Shown here: positions 27,802 to 37,557 of the stretch, in pieces
Numbering within the stretch: position 1 is the stretch's first letter
Layout: each line of letters opens with the position of its first letter
Assembly: GCA_942492935.1 (NCBI GenBank)
Contig: OW818654.1
Location: 3,052,640-3,116,639 of the forward strand
Reading direction: 5' to 3'
From: an uncultured bacterium
GTDB lineage: Bacteria; Bacteroidota; Ignavibacteria; Kapaibacteriales; UBA2268
Length of the DNA stretch: 64,000 nucleotides
Made by a program: the position numbers and the translations under genes
Notes under the pieces: model-generated
The model's database searches: none
The model's input: only the letters and a program-made list of their open reading frames with translations
Told to the model about the DNA's origin: nothing

Positions 27802-28542
27802 ATGAAAAATTTAGAAACTTATCAATCAATAAATGATGTTGGTTGCATTTTATGTGGTGAAGATTTGCATAAACTTGATAAGCAAGTTGAAATGCACTGT
27901 GATTTTTGTGGCAAAACTGAAGTAATTTCATATTTTTGCAATAATGAACATAGCATCTGTGATAATTGTTTGAAGATTACTCCTGAAGAATTTGTGAAAA
28001 CTGTTTGCTTGAAACATAAAGGAATTGACCCAAATGCACTTGCTGTTGAGTTAATGAATTCACCTGTTATTCCAATGCATGGTTCTGTTCATCATTTTAT
28101 CGTTCCAGCAGTGATGCTTACTTGTACTATGAATTTACAAGGCAAAACTGAATTATTGGAAGAAAAATTAGATACAACTTTAGAAAGAGTTTTTGCAGAA
28201 ACTCCAAGTCAATGTGAATATAGTCAAGGGACTTGTGGTGCTGCCCAAGGAGCAACTGTATTTCTAAGTATGTTTTTAGATAGAGATTTAAATTCAGAAG
28301 ATGAGTGGTCTCCTTCAAAAATACTTACCTCTAATTGTTTAAAGTTAATTGCAGAGCATGGTGGACCTCGTTGTTGCAAACGCGATACTTATTTCTCTAT
28401 CAAAGCCACGGTAGAATTTCTTAAGGATAGTTTTTCAATTGAATTACCAGTTTCTGAAGCAAAATGCACATTTTCATTGAGAAATAAATCTTGTGGAAGA
28501 GAAGAATGTGTTTATTATAATCTTGCTAATTCATTAGTTTAA
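27802..28542 (+). CDS. Cysteine-rich putative metal-binding or redox protein. N-terminal CxxC pairs and a C-terminal C...GTCGAAQGA...C...C motif.
   Basis: CILCGEDL...HCDFCGK...FCNNEHSICDNCL. Then QCEYSQGTCGAAQGATVFLSMFL, which resembles the C_GCAxxG_C_C redox-protein motif (recalled from memory, not verified). Confidence 0.45.
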   Translation: MKNLETYQSINDVGCILCGEDLHKLDKQVEMHCDFCGKTEVISYFCNNEHSICDNCLKITPEEFVKTVCLKHKGIDPNALAVELMNSPVIPMHGSVHHFIVPAVMLTCTMNLQGKTELLEEKLDTTLERVFAETPSQCEYSQGTCGAAQGATVFLSMFLDRDLNSEDEWSPSKILTSNCLKLIAEHGGPRCCKRDTYFSIKATVEFLKDSFSIELPVSEAKCTFSLRNKSCGREECVYYNLANSLV

Positions 28543-28649
28543 TTGATTATTATAAAATATATATAAAGCAAATTGATTCTGGAACGAGTTTGTTGTGATT
28601 CATAATTATTATGGTTAATTAGAGTTTCTGAAGTAATTTTTTGAAATAT

Positions 28650-28702
28650 AAAAAAATAACCCTCCCCTTATTGAAAATTTTTTCTATCGGGGAGGTTTTT
28701 TT
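28650..28702. terminator. Bidirectional terminator-like hairpin between the Cys-rich gene and the crotonase gene
   Basis: A-run, cctcccc, 21-nt loop, ggggagg, then ttttttt. Confidence 0.45.
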
Positions 28703-28715
28703 ATGTTTATAAATT

Positions 28716-29498
28716 TTAATGCCCTTTAAATTCTGCTTTTCTTTTTTCTAAAAATGCAGAAGTTCCTTCTTTAAAATCAGCAGTCCCACATATTTCACCA
28801 AATTTCTTTGATTCATAAGCAAGTCCTTCAAGTGGACTAAGATATTCAGATGCATTAATACATTCAACAGCACCTTTTACAGCAATCAATCCTTTTGAAA
28901 GGACTAATTGTACAAATTCTTCTGTTTTAGCCAGTAGTTCATTCAATGGATAAACTGCATTAACCAAACCAATTCTATATGCTTCTTGAGCATTAATAAT
29001 ATTACCTGATATAATTAATTCCATTGATTTTGCTTTTCCGATAATTCTTGTTAATCTTTGAGTTCCACCATAACCGGGTATAATTCCCAGATTAACTTCT
29101 GGCTGTCCAAATTTTGCATTTTCTGAGCAGAATCTAATATGACATGCAAGCGATAATTCACAACCACCGCCAAGAGCAAACCCATTAACAGCTGCAATTA
29201 CTGGAATATTTAAATACTCTAATCTAGCCATAACCTTTGAACCATATTCCGAAAATATTTTTCCTGACAATCCATCACTTTCGTTTAATTCTTTGATATC
29301 TGCTCCTGCTGCAAATGCTTTTTCACCTGTACCTGTTAGAATTAAAGCATAAATTTCACTATCAAGTTCAATTTTTTGTATTGCATCATTCAATTCATCA
29401 AATAATTGTTTATTTAATGCGTTTAACTTATCTGGTCGGTTTAATGTGATAATGGCATAGTTTGATTTTTTTTCAAACAAAATTGTTTCATAATTCAT
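28716..29498 (-). CDS. Enoyl-CoA hydratase/isomerase (crotonase family)
   Basis: ILFEKKSNYAIITLNRPDKLNALN, GTGEKAFAAGADIKE and the GGGCELSLACHIRF oxyanion-hole region. Confidence 0.85.
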   Translation of the reverse strand: MNYETILFEKKSNYAIITLNRPDKLNALNKQLFDELNDAIQKIELDSEIYALILTGTGEKAFAAGADIKELNESDGLSGKIFSEYGSKVMARLEYLNIPVIAAVNGFALGGGCELSLACHIRFCSENAKFGQPEVNLGIIPGYGGTQRLTRIIGKAKSMELIISGNIINAQEAYRIGLVNAVYPLNELLAKTEEFVQLVLSKGLIAVKGAVECINASEYLSPLEGLAYESKKFGEICGTADFKEGTSAFLEKRKAEFKGH

Positions 29499-29579
29499 AA
29501 GAAATCCCCAAAAATTGATAATTTAAAGTTTTCTTAACGATTTAATTACAATTAAATTTGTTTTTTGTTGAATTAATTA

Positions 29580-31052
29580 ATGATAAAAATGAAAAAAAGT
29601 TATGCTATAATAATTATTATTTTACTTTCAATTGGAATAAATTCAAATTCTTTACTATTTTCAAAAGTAAATTCATCAAAGAAAACAAATAGTCGCGTTA
29701 TTAAAAAATCAAAATCGCATCAAAAATTAAAAAAGAAGAAGCATGTAAGTCTTAAATCAAAGAAATCAAAATCACCGACTGTTACTACTAAAATCATTTT
29801 AACAGATACTTCAATTGCAGATGGCGTTCAATATACTAATATGTTGATGGGTAAAGGCAGAAACAAACATTCTGTTCATATAATAAGTGCGGATTTAAAC
29901 AATGACAAAGTTGGGTTAACTGTTCTAAAAGCTAATAATATAGCATCTGATTTGGCGAAACTACAAGAGATGACCAGAACTTATGACCATTTTTCATATA
30001 ATAAAGTTGTAGCGGCTATTAACGCAAATTTTTGGAAGGCATATACTAATAACCCTATCGGTCCAACTATTGTCAATGGTGAGGTAGTAGAATTAAATCC
30101 TTACAAGGAATGGACAAGTTGTTTTATTGATGTTTCTGGTAAACCATTCATAGAAAATTTCAAAACCTCTGCTTCTATTAATACCGGTCATTCTGAAATT
30201 AATATATCAAGTATGAATAGAAGAAAAGATACAAACGGCATTGTTGTTTACAATAAATTTGCTGGACTGATGGTTCCATTGGTAAACAATAGTTCCTTAG
30301 ATAAATTGACTGAACAAGCTACTTTGGAAATGTTAGAATTTGTTAATGATTCATTATACAATGACTCCACTGAATATTTTGATTTTCAGGAGTATAGAGA
30401 TAAATTAATTGCAGAGCAGAGAGCTAATTCAAATGAGCATTCACTTTACAAAGCCGTAGCAGTTTATTTGGATAAACCAACTGTAAATAAATCATTTCGA
30501 ATTAAAATATTGAGTTTAGATACTGGCACAGTTTCAATTCCAGAAAATGGCATGATAATATCATTTGGCAAAGATATTCCTTTTCATTATTATCCAAAAG
30601 TTAATTCAATTATTACAATGAATGTAAAAACTAATCATTATCCATTTACTGAATTTTCTAATTCAATCTGCGGAACTCCACGCCTTGTTAGAAATGGAAT
30701 TGCTAAGCATGAAGCATTTCAAGAGGGGTCAAAAGGTAGAAGATTTATTAATAAAGCATTACCAAGAACAGCAATTGGTTTCGACAAAACAAAATCACAA
30801 ATATATCTTGTTACAGTTGAATCATCATCAAATGGAAATAAAGCTGCAAATTTACAAGAAATGGCTAATATAATGAAACAAATCGGCTGTTGGAACGCAA
30901 TGAATTTAGATGGAGGTGGTTCAAGTTTGATGGTTGTGAATCATCAAAATGTAATGGCTAAAAACAGACCTGAATCTGGTAGAAAAATTTCAGTTGGATT
31001 TGGAATAGTAAATAAGAATGATTTAAATGCTGAAGATAAATTGAATAAATAA
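29580..31052 (+). CDS. Phosphodiester glycosidase family protein (NAGPA-like). Secreted, with a Lys-rich N-terminal region.
   Basis: Signal peptide plus a KKSKSHQKLKKKKH linker. C-terminal PRTAIGFD...MNLDGGGSS motif typical of this family. Confidence 0.65.
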   Translation: MIKMKKSYAIIIIILLSIGINSNSLLFSKVNSSKKTNSRVIKKSKSHQKLKKKKHVSLKSKKSKSPTVTTKIILTDTSIADGVQYTNMLMGKGRNKHSVHIISADLNNDKVGLTVLKANNIASDLAKLQEMTRTYDHFSYNKVVAAINANFWKAYTNNPIGPTIVNGEVVELNPYKEWTSCFIDVSGKPFIENFKTSASINTGHSEINISSMNRRKDTNGIVVYNKFAGLMVPLVNNSSLDKLTEQATLEMLEFVNDSLYNDSTEYFDFQEYRDKLIAEQRANSNEHSLYKAVAVYLDKPTVNKSFRIKILSLDTGTVSIPENGMIISFGKDIPFHYYPKVNSIITMNVKTNHYPFTEFSNSICGTPRLVRNGIAKHEAFQEGSKGRRFINKALPRTAIGFDKTKSQIYLVTVESSSNGNKAANLQEMANIMKQIGCWNAMNLDGGGSSLMVVNHQNVMAKNRPESGRKISVGFGIVNKNDLNAEDKLNK

Positions 31053-31059
31053 AGCCCTT

Positions 31060-31490
31060 ACCATATTTTAGTCCATATAGACAAAGAGGCAGTTAAAAAA
31101 TTGTCATTCTAAACTCGTTTCAGAATCCATTCCTTAGATTTCGTCATTCCGAAAACAACGTGAGGAATCCAGTGGCTTAGCAATGCATCTATATCGCTCC
31201 TACAGAGCTTTAAAAAGTCAATACATATCCATTATATTAATTTATCGAAACAACATTGCTAAATTCAGAAACCAATTTGTATAGATTACTCAATGGAAGC
31301 TTTATCTCAATAGAATATGGATTCCTCACGGTGTTCGGAATGATAGTAATTTTCCACAATTGTCATTCTGAACTCGTTTCAGAATCAATCTCCTTGTCAT
31401 TTTCAAAAAAGGATGTCCAACACTTTGAAAGTGTTGGACATCTGCATAAGTATAATTCTGAACTCGTTTCAGAATGAAAAGAAGAAACAA
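31060..31490. repeat. Intergenic cluster of the same hairpin modules as 20806-21290. It includes a ~200-bp segment (31144-31343) bounded by inverted ~25-bp copies of the attcc...ggaat module, and one 33-bp palindrome (31411-31443) flanked by two cattctgaa...ttcagaat hairpins.
   Basis: tcattccgaaaacaacgtgaggaatcc (31144-31170) is the reverse complement of ggattcctcacggtgttcggaatga (31319-31343). tcattct.aactcgtttcagaat occurs at 31104, 31364 and 31454. Confidence 0.75.
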
Positions 31491-31499
31491 GAGTGAACA

Positions 31500-32396
31500 T
31501 TAATATTTAATTATTCCTGCCCTATATACATAACCCTCAAGTGTCTTTCCAAAAAATTCTGATGCCTGTTTTGAAATCTGAATTAAATTCTCAATGTTAA
31601 TTTCAGTTGCAATATTGTTTCTGTTCAATGAATGTATAAAATCTTCTGTACAAACATTTCCGGCTGCAACTTTTGTAAATGGGCAACCGCCAAGTCCTCC
31701 AAATGCTGTTTCAAAATATTCTGCACCTTCTTTCATTGCAGCATAACAGTTTGCCATTCCAAGACCGTAGGTATTATGGAAATGTGATGTTAATACAACA
31801 TTTTCATTCATTGATTTAATTTTACTAAACATTCTTGTTACTTTCTCGGGATAAGCATGACCTGCTGTATCTGCTAAACTTATATTTAATATACCAGCAT
31901 CTATATATTTACGAACAATATCAAATACTTTTTCTTCTGAAATATTCCCTTCAAATCCACAGCCGAATGCTGATTGAACAGATACTTGAACTCTTCTGCC
32001 TTCATTTTGTAGTTGATTTGCAATACTAATTATCCTTGATAATGCTTCATTTGTATCCATTCCCGTATTTTTTTTGCTATGAGTATCTGATGCTGACACT
32101 CCCATACAAAACATTTCAACACCACAATCAATAGCTCTATCCATTCCTTTTTCATTCAACAACAAACCAGACAAAATTGAATTATGTGGTATTGTGGAAA
32201 AATACTTAAACAGTTCATCTGTGTCAGCCATTTGAGGAACTTTTGTTGGATGCACAAACGAGCCAATTTGAATAATATCAATATTTGAATCAATTAATTT
32301 TTGAATCCATTCTTTTTTAATATCTGTAGGAACGAGTTTGGATTCATTTTGCAAACCATCTCTCATTCCTACATCATGAATTTTAATTTTCGACAT
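31500..32396 (-). CDS. Hydroxymethylglutaryl-CoA lyase (HMGL-like TIM-barrel)
   Basis: IHDVGMRDGLQNE N-terminal motif, DTAGHAYP, and the metal-binding HFHNTYGLGMAN. Confidence 0.85.
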   Translation of the reverse strand: MSKIKIHDVGMRDGLQNESKLVPTDIKKEWIQKLIDSNIDIIQIGSFVHPTKVPQMADTDELFKYFSTIPHNSILSGLLLNEKGMDRAIDCGVEMFCMGVSASDTHSKKNTGMDTNEALSRIISIANQLQNEGRRVQVSVQSAFGCGFEGNISEEKVFDIVRKYIDAGILNISLADTAGHAYPEKVTRMFSKIKSMNENVVLTSHFHNTYGLGMANCYAAMKEGAEYFETAFGGLGGCPFTKVAAGNVCTEDFIHSLNRNNIATEINIENLIQISKQASEFFGKTLEGYVYRAGIIKY

Positions 32397-32409
32397 AAAT
32401 CTTTCAGTA

Positions 32410-35019
32410 TTATCTTACAATTATTAATGATTGATTTGAACTTCTATTATTTGAAATTGTATTGATAAAATAAATACCTGATTTTAAATAGCTTATATCA
32501 AAATCAATTTGTTTGTTATTATCTATCAATCCATTATAAACGGTAGCTACTTTTTGACCAATAGAATTGAAAATGCTCACTTCGTAATTAGATGAGAATG
32601 TATTTTCAGAATTTATTACTAAAGTTGCGTTATTAAAATTAACATCTGCAATTAATTTTGCATCAAAATGAATGAAGTTATCTTCAGCACTCGCAGGGTC
32701 AAAACCACGACCTTCTAAACGAATTTGGCGAGTAGGAAGATAAAAATCATTTGAAACAACATCAATATTTGCAAATCTTTTTCCTTTTAATAATGCAGTA
32801 TATTTTACTTCAATTTCGATTTTTTCGCCTTGATTTAAAGTCCATTCATTGTTAGTTGCTGTAGGTTTAATTGAAAGAATTTCAAATTTTTTGTTATCAC
32901 CATCTTTCAATTGAATTGATTTAATATTTATTGGATTGGCATTATCTGGCGATAATTCTATTGTAAATGTCTTAGAACTATCCAAAGCAACATCGCCAAA
33001 ATCATATTTATTATCAATTAAATTTGTTTTAACAACCGGCATTTCGCTAACAACAAAATTATAGTTAATTGAATTACCAAAATCAGGATTGAAATTTTGC
33101 ATTAATTTATCACCAGAATACAAACTCAAACTACCATTTCTTAATCCATAATTCTGACCTAATACCCAATAACCCAAGCCATATCCATAGGGATTATACA
33201 AAATTAATGTATAAGCACCACTCTCGAGATTAATAGAATCTTTATAATTTGTATTATTTTGAGTAGTTTCTCTTTTGAAAACAACTTCATTTTTGCTATT
33301 TACTAAATATAATTGGTATGGACTTGCAGCATTTAAGTCATTATAATTATTAGTAGATAAATTGATAATAATTCCTTTATGAAATTTCTTTGGAAATTTT
33401 GCAATTGATTTTCCAAAATTATTTTCCTGATAATCATCAGTTTTGCCATTAACTTCAACAATATTTATGTTGAATTCATTATCGCTATCCATCAATTTAT
33501 AATCATCAAATGGTAATGTAATTGTTGTATCTTTTGAAGAAATCAAATCACCTTCCCAAACATAACTATGCTTGTCCATTCCTACAAAACCATATTCAAA
33601 TTTGATTGATTTAATAATATTTTTGCCAGTATTTCTAAATGTAATTATTGAATTAAATGAAGATGGATTGAATCTTTTTTGTATCGAATCATTTGAAGGT
33701 GTAATTATTTCAATAATTCCTGCATCGTTTTGAAAATTATAATCACTATATTTAATCAAATAACCAGTAATTACCCAAAATGGTGTAACATTTCCACTAC
33801 CTGAATATGGTTTATCGTAATATTCCATATCATAATCTAATAAATTTTCGCCAGCAATTAGATGTTCTGTAAGTTCAAAATCATGGAAAGGAACTTCCAT
33901 ACCAGGACACCAATTAGTTCTATCAGCAAGCCATGTTCCACCCTGTGGATACATTGGAATATCGCCACATTCACGCCAAATATATTTCTCGTAAATATTA
34001 GTATTATTTAAAGCAATATATGATTTTTTCTTGCAAAATTCTGAACAATTATCTGAATTTCCACCAAAGCCATGCCCTGTATTAATCATTTTCAAACGTG
34101 CAGTTTTCTCATCATTAATAAGTGAGATTTTGTATTCAGGTATTCTGCTGTCAAATTTTGCATCATAAACAGCACCACCATTTTGCCATAATTTAGTTAA
34201 ACTTTTTATATCTCTTACAGGTGTACCTTCGATAAAATCAAATGTCAATTCCAAAGATTCCATCACATCTTGTCGAGTTTGGTCTCCCCAACCTCCACAA
34301 GGAGCATATAAAAATACTTTACCTGAAAGTAATTCCTGCAAATCAGTAACATCATATCTAAACATCCAGCCGTCATTTAATTTTAGATTATTGCCATAAG
34401 GTGTAATGTATCTAAAAATCTCGTGTTGAATTTGAACAGTTACATTATCACGAAAATATACTCGCTTTTTGTTTAGAGTAAATGTTGTGTCTGCATTTAC
34501 TAATGTAGAATCGGTAAATTTTCCATTTTCGTCAATTTTATAATCAGTATAATATAATTCCCATGCTTGCAACGAATCAATTGGTTTTGTTGGATTTTGA
34601 GAATCGTCAATATTATAAAAATAAATTGTAACTGGAGCAATTGGTGTTTTTACAATTGTCCAATTACCATCTATTTTTTCAGATTTATAAGTAAAAGCTG
34701 TATCTAAAACAAAACTTGCAGTTTCTGGTGATTTTGATTTATACCTATAATTTGGTGCAAAGAAATGCACAACAAATAAGTTTGCAATATAATCCCATTC
34801 ACCACACGGCTTGCCTTGTGGACAAATTAATTTGTAATTTGCTACGATTCTATGATATTTATTATCATTACTTGGAAAATCAAACCAACCTTCGCGTGGA
34901 GTAGTATATTCGATTGTCCTTAAATTTGTGGTATCTCCATTTTTTGAAATAGAAGGAGTTATCAATGATAGAAATACTATTATAAGCATTAAGTATTTGA
35001 ATATTCTAAAAGAATCCAT
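32410..35019 (-). CDS. Large secreted T9SS cargo protein (C-terminal sorting domain); catalytic function unknown
   Basis: Signal peptide. C-terminus YEVSIFNSIGQKVATVYNGLIDNNKQIDFDISYLKSGIYFINTISNN fits the T9SS CTD. The body is Cys-containing (CGGWGD, CSEFC, WCPGMEVPFHDFE). Confidence 0.7.
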   Translation of the reverse strand: MDSFRIFKYLMLIIVFLSLITPSISKNGDTTNLRTIEYTTPREGWFDFPSNDNKYHRIVANYKLICPQGKPCGEWDYIANLFVVHFFAPNYRYKSKSPETASFVLDTAFTYKSEKIDGNWTIVKTPIAPVTIYFYNIDDSQNPTKPIDSLQAWELYYTDYKIDENGKFTDSTLVNADTTFTLNKKRVYFRDNVTVQIQHEIFRYITPYGNNLKLNDGWMFRYDVTDLQELLSGKVFLYAPCGGWGDQTRQDVMESLELTFDFIEGTPVRDIKSLTKLWQNGGAVYDAKFDSRIPEYKISLINDEKTARLKMINTGHGFGGNSDNCSEFCKKKSYIALNNTNIYEKYIWRECGDIPMYPQGGTWLADRTNWCPGMEVPFHDFELTEHLIAGENLLDYDMEYYDKPYSGSGNVTPFWVITGYLIKYSDYNFQNDAGIIEIITPSNDSIQKRFNPSSFNSIITFRNTGKNIIKSIKFEYGFVGMDKHSYVWEGDLISSKDTTITLPFDDYKLMDSDNEFNINIVEVNGKTDDYQENNFGKSIAKFPKKFHKGIIINLSTNNYNDLNAASPYQLYLVNSKNEVVFKRETTQNNTNYKDSINLESGAYTLILYNPYGYGLGYWVLGQNYGLRNGSLSLYSGDKLMQNFNPDFGNSINYNFVVSEMPVVKTNLIDNKYDFGDVALDSSKTFTIELSPDNANPINIKSIQLKDGDNKKFEILSIKPTATNNEWTLNQGEKIEIEVKYTALLKGKRFANIDVVSNDFYLPTRQIRLEGRGFDPASAEDNFIHFDAKLIADVNFNNATLVINSENTFSSNYEVSIFNSIGQKVATVYNGLIDNNKQIDFDISYLKSGIYFINTISNNRSSNQSLIIVR

Positions 35020-35175
35020 ATTAAACCTTAAAAAACAATTATAAAATTTTCATTAAAAATAAATTAAAAATTATGAAATTTTTTTCAATAAATAAACTTA
35101 ATTTTTATATATTGAAAAAAATTTTTAATTTGTGATTTAGAATTATGCTAAAATTGATTATTTATTGGAGAACTT

Positions 35176-36978
35176 ATGAATTATACATCAATTCCTGCTA
35201 TGTTTACAGATGTTTGCAATAGATATGGCAACTCAAAAACTGCTATTAAATTTAAAAAAAAGGGAAAATATACCGATATTAATCATAGTGAACTTTGTGA
35301 ACTTATCGAAAAAGTAGCTTTGGGTTTGATGGAACTTGGTATTCATAAAGGGGATAGAGTTGGAATTATGTCTGAAAATAGAATTGAATGGATAATTTCA
35401 TCTTTAGCAATTAATTCTATTGGTGCAATTGATGTTCCAATATTTCCAATACTTACATCAAAACAAGCAGAATATATTTATACAGATTGTCAAGCATCAG
35501 CAATCATTGTTTCTAATAATTTTCAGTTAAATAAAGTGTTGCAATTCAAGGATAATTTATCATCATTAAGACAGATTATCGTAATGAATGATGAATTTGA
35601 TTCTAAAGATGTTTACATCAAATCATTTCATGGTTTAATATCAAGAGCAAATGAATTGAAAACAGATGAAGAAAGAAAAAACATTTTTTTTGATGGTATC
35701 AATAAAATTAAAGCTGATGATTTATTGACGATAATTTACACAAGTGGAACTACGGGTAATCCAAAAGGTGTGATGCTCACACATAGAAATTTACTTGCTA
35801 ATATCAAAGGTTCATTAGATGTTTTAGGTAGTTTTGAGAAAGATACTTCATTATTATATCTTCCATTATGCCATACTTACGAAAGAATGGCTGGATTTTA
35901 CACTCTTTTTTATTCAGGTTGTACAATTGCACTAGCTGAATCAATTGAAACAATTTCTTCCAACATTCAAGAAATAAAACCTTCAATTATGACTACAGTC
36001 CCAAAATTGCTTGAAACAATCAAGAAAAAAATCTTTGCAAGTATGGAAAGAGAAAAACCAGCAAAGAAGAAAATATTTAATTGGGCAATAAATACTGGTA
36101 TTAAGCAAGTACGATTACAACAATCAGATAAATTTTCATTAATTAATTCAACTCAATTTAAATTAGCTGACAAATTGGTTTTTGGCAAAATTAGAGAAAA
36201 ACTTGGTGGAAATATCAGAGCGTTTCTCTGCGGTGGTGCGGCACTACCAGATGATGTTTGCGAATTTTTCATTGCTATTGGCGCACCAGTTTTACAAGGA
36301 TATGGCTTAACAGAAAATTCACCTGTCGTTGCGGTAAATGGTTTTGAAGATAATGAAATTGGAACTATTGGAAGAGTCTTACCAAATTTAGAAGTGAAAA
36401 TTGCTGAAGATGGTGAAATATTAGTTAAAGGTCCAAGCGTAATGAAAGGATACTGGAATGATATTAATGCAACCAAAGAAGCAATTGATGAAGATGGTTG
36501 GCTTAATACTGGTGATGTTGGACAATTTACTGCAAAAGGACATCTTAAAATAACAGATAGAAAGAAAAATATATTTGTTTCATCGGGTGGGAAAAATATT
36601 GCCCCTCAACCAATTGAAAATCTGCTTTGTCAAAGTAGATATATTGAACATTGTGTTTTGATTGGTGATAATCGAGAGTATATAACTGCATTACTTACTC
36701 CAAATTTTGAACAATTAAAAGGTCTTGCTGAAGATTTTAAAATTGAATATAAAGTCGAAGATGAGCTAATAGCTAATCAATTAATTATCAAACAAATTCA
36801 AAAAGATATAGACTATTTGCAAAAAGACTTATCAAAATTTGAAAAAGTTAGAAGATTTCAACTTTTATCCAAACCATTCACAGTTGATGGAGGAGAATTA
36901 AGTCCTAAAATGAGTATTAAAAGACATATTGTTCATCATAAATATTCAGATTTGATTGAAATTATGTATAATTCATAA
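35176..36978 (+). CDS. Long-chain fatty-acid--CoA ligase (AMP-binding superfamily)
   Basis: AMP-binding motif IYTSGTTGNPKGVMLTHRNL. GYGLTE and TGDVG motifs. Confidence 0.9.
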   Translation: MNYTSIPAMFTDVCNRYGNSKTAIKFKKKGKYTDINHSELCELIEKVALGLMELGIHKGDRVGIMSENRIEWIISSLAINSIGAIDVPIFPILTSKQAEYIYTDCQASAIIVSNNFQLNKVLQFKDNLSSLRQIIVMNDEFDSKDVYIKSFHGLISRANELKTDEERKNIFFDGINKIKADDLLTIIYTSGTTGNPKGVMLTHRNLLANIKGSLDVLGSFEKDTSLLYLPLCHTYERMAGFYTLFYSGCTIALAESIETISSNIQEIKPSIMTTVPKLLETIKKKIFASMEREKPAKKKIFNWAINTGIKQVRLQQSDKFSLINSTQFKLADKLVFGKIREKLGGNIRAFLCGGAALPDDVCEFFIAIGAPVLQGYGLTENSPVVAVNGFEDNEIGTIGRVLPNLEVKIAEDGEILVKGPSVMKGYWNDINATKEAIDEDGWLNTGDVGQFTAKGHLKITDRKKNIFVSSGGKNIAPQPIENLLCQSRYIEHCVLIGDNREYITALLTPNFEQLKGLAEDFKIEYKVEDELIANQLIIKQIQKDIDYLQKDLSKFEKVRRFQLLSKPFTVDGGELSPKMSIKRHIVHHKYSDLIEIMYNS

Positions 36979-37499
36979 ATAACAAATACTACATTTTTTG
37001 TATAATAATTTGCTTGTAAATTGGTATAATTTGCGAGTATTAGTAAAATATTTATAAAATTTATAATGCTATAAAACTGAAATTGCACATGTCAATTTTT
37101 ACCAATTAAAAATGAGTTATTTAGTCAATCATTATATTAATATTTGATTTTAGTTCAAACTAAACTTTTCTTTTTTGAAATATCAAAAAAATGAACCGGC
37201 AAAATAGTTACCATAATTTAAGTTACAGAAAAGTGCATAAAACCATATCAATTAATGACCTTTGTAGCAATATGGATTTACCATAAATAGGCCTGCTCTT
37301 TATTTGCCACAAAATATTGCAGATTTTGACATAGCCATGTATATTTCAAACACTTAAACAAATTTTATTATTTATTTCAGTAGTAACTTCCGATAGAAAG
37401 TCAATGCAATTTCCGGTATAAATAATTGAATTTTTTAATTTGAATTCAATGTGTAGTTAGAGATGTTTCAAAATTCATTTGTATCACAGTAAATACTAT

Positions 37500-37530
37500 A
37501 AAAAAAGGGCTGAATTATAAATTCAGCCCT
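37500..37530 (-). terminator. Rho-independent terminator of rpsA
   Basis: Minus-strand reading: agggctgaat-ttat-aattcagccct followed by ttttttt. Confidence 0.65.
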
Positions 37531-37557
37531 ATTAATTTTAATTTACTTCTTATCTTA

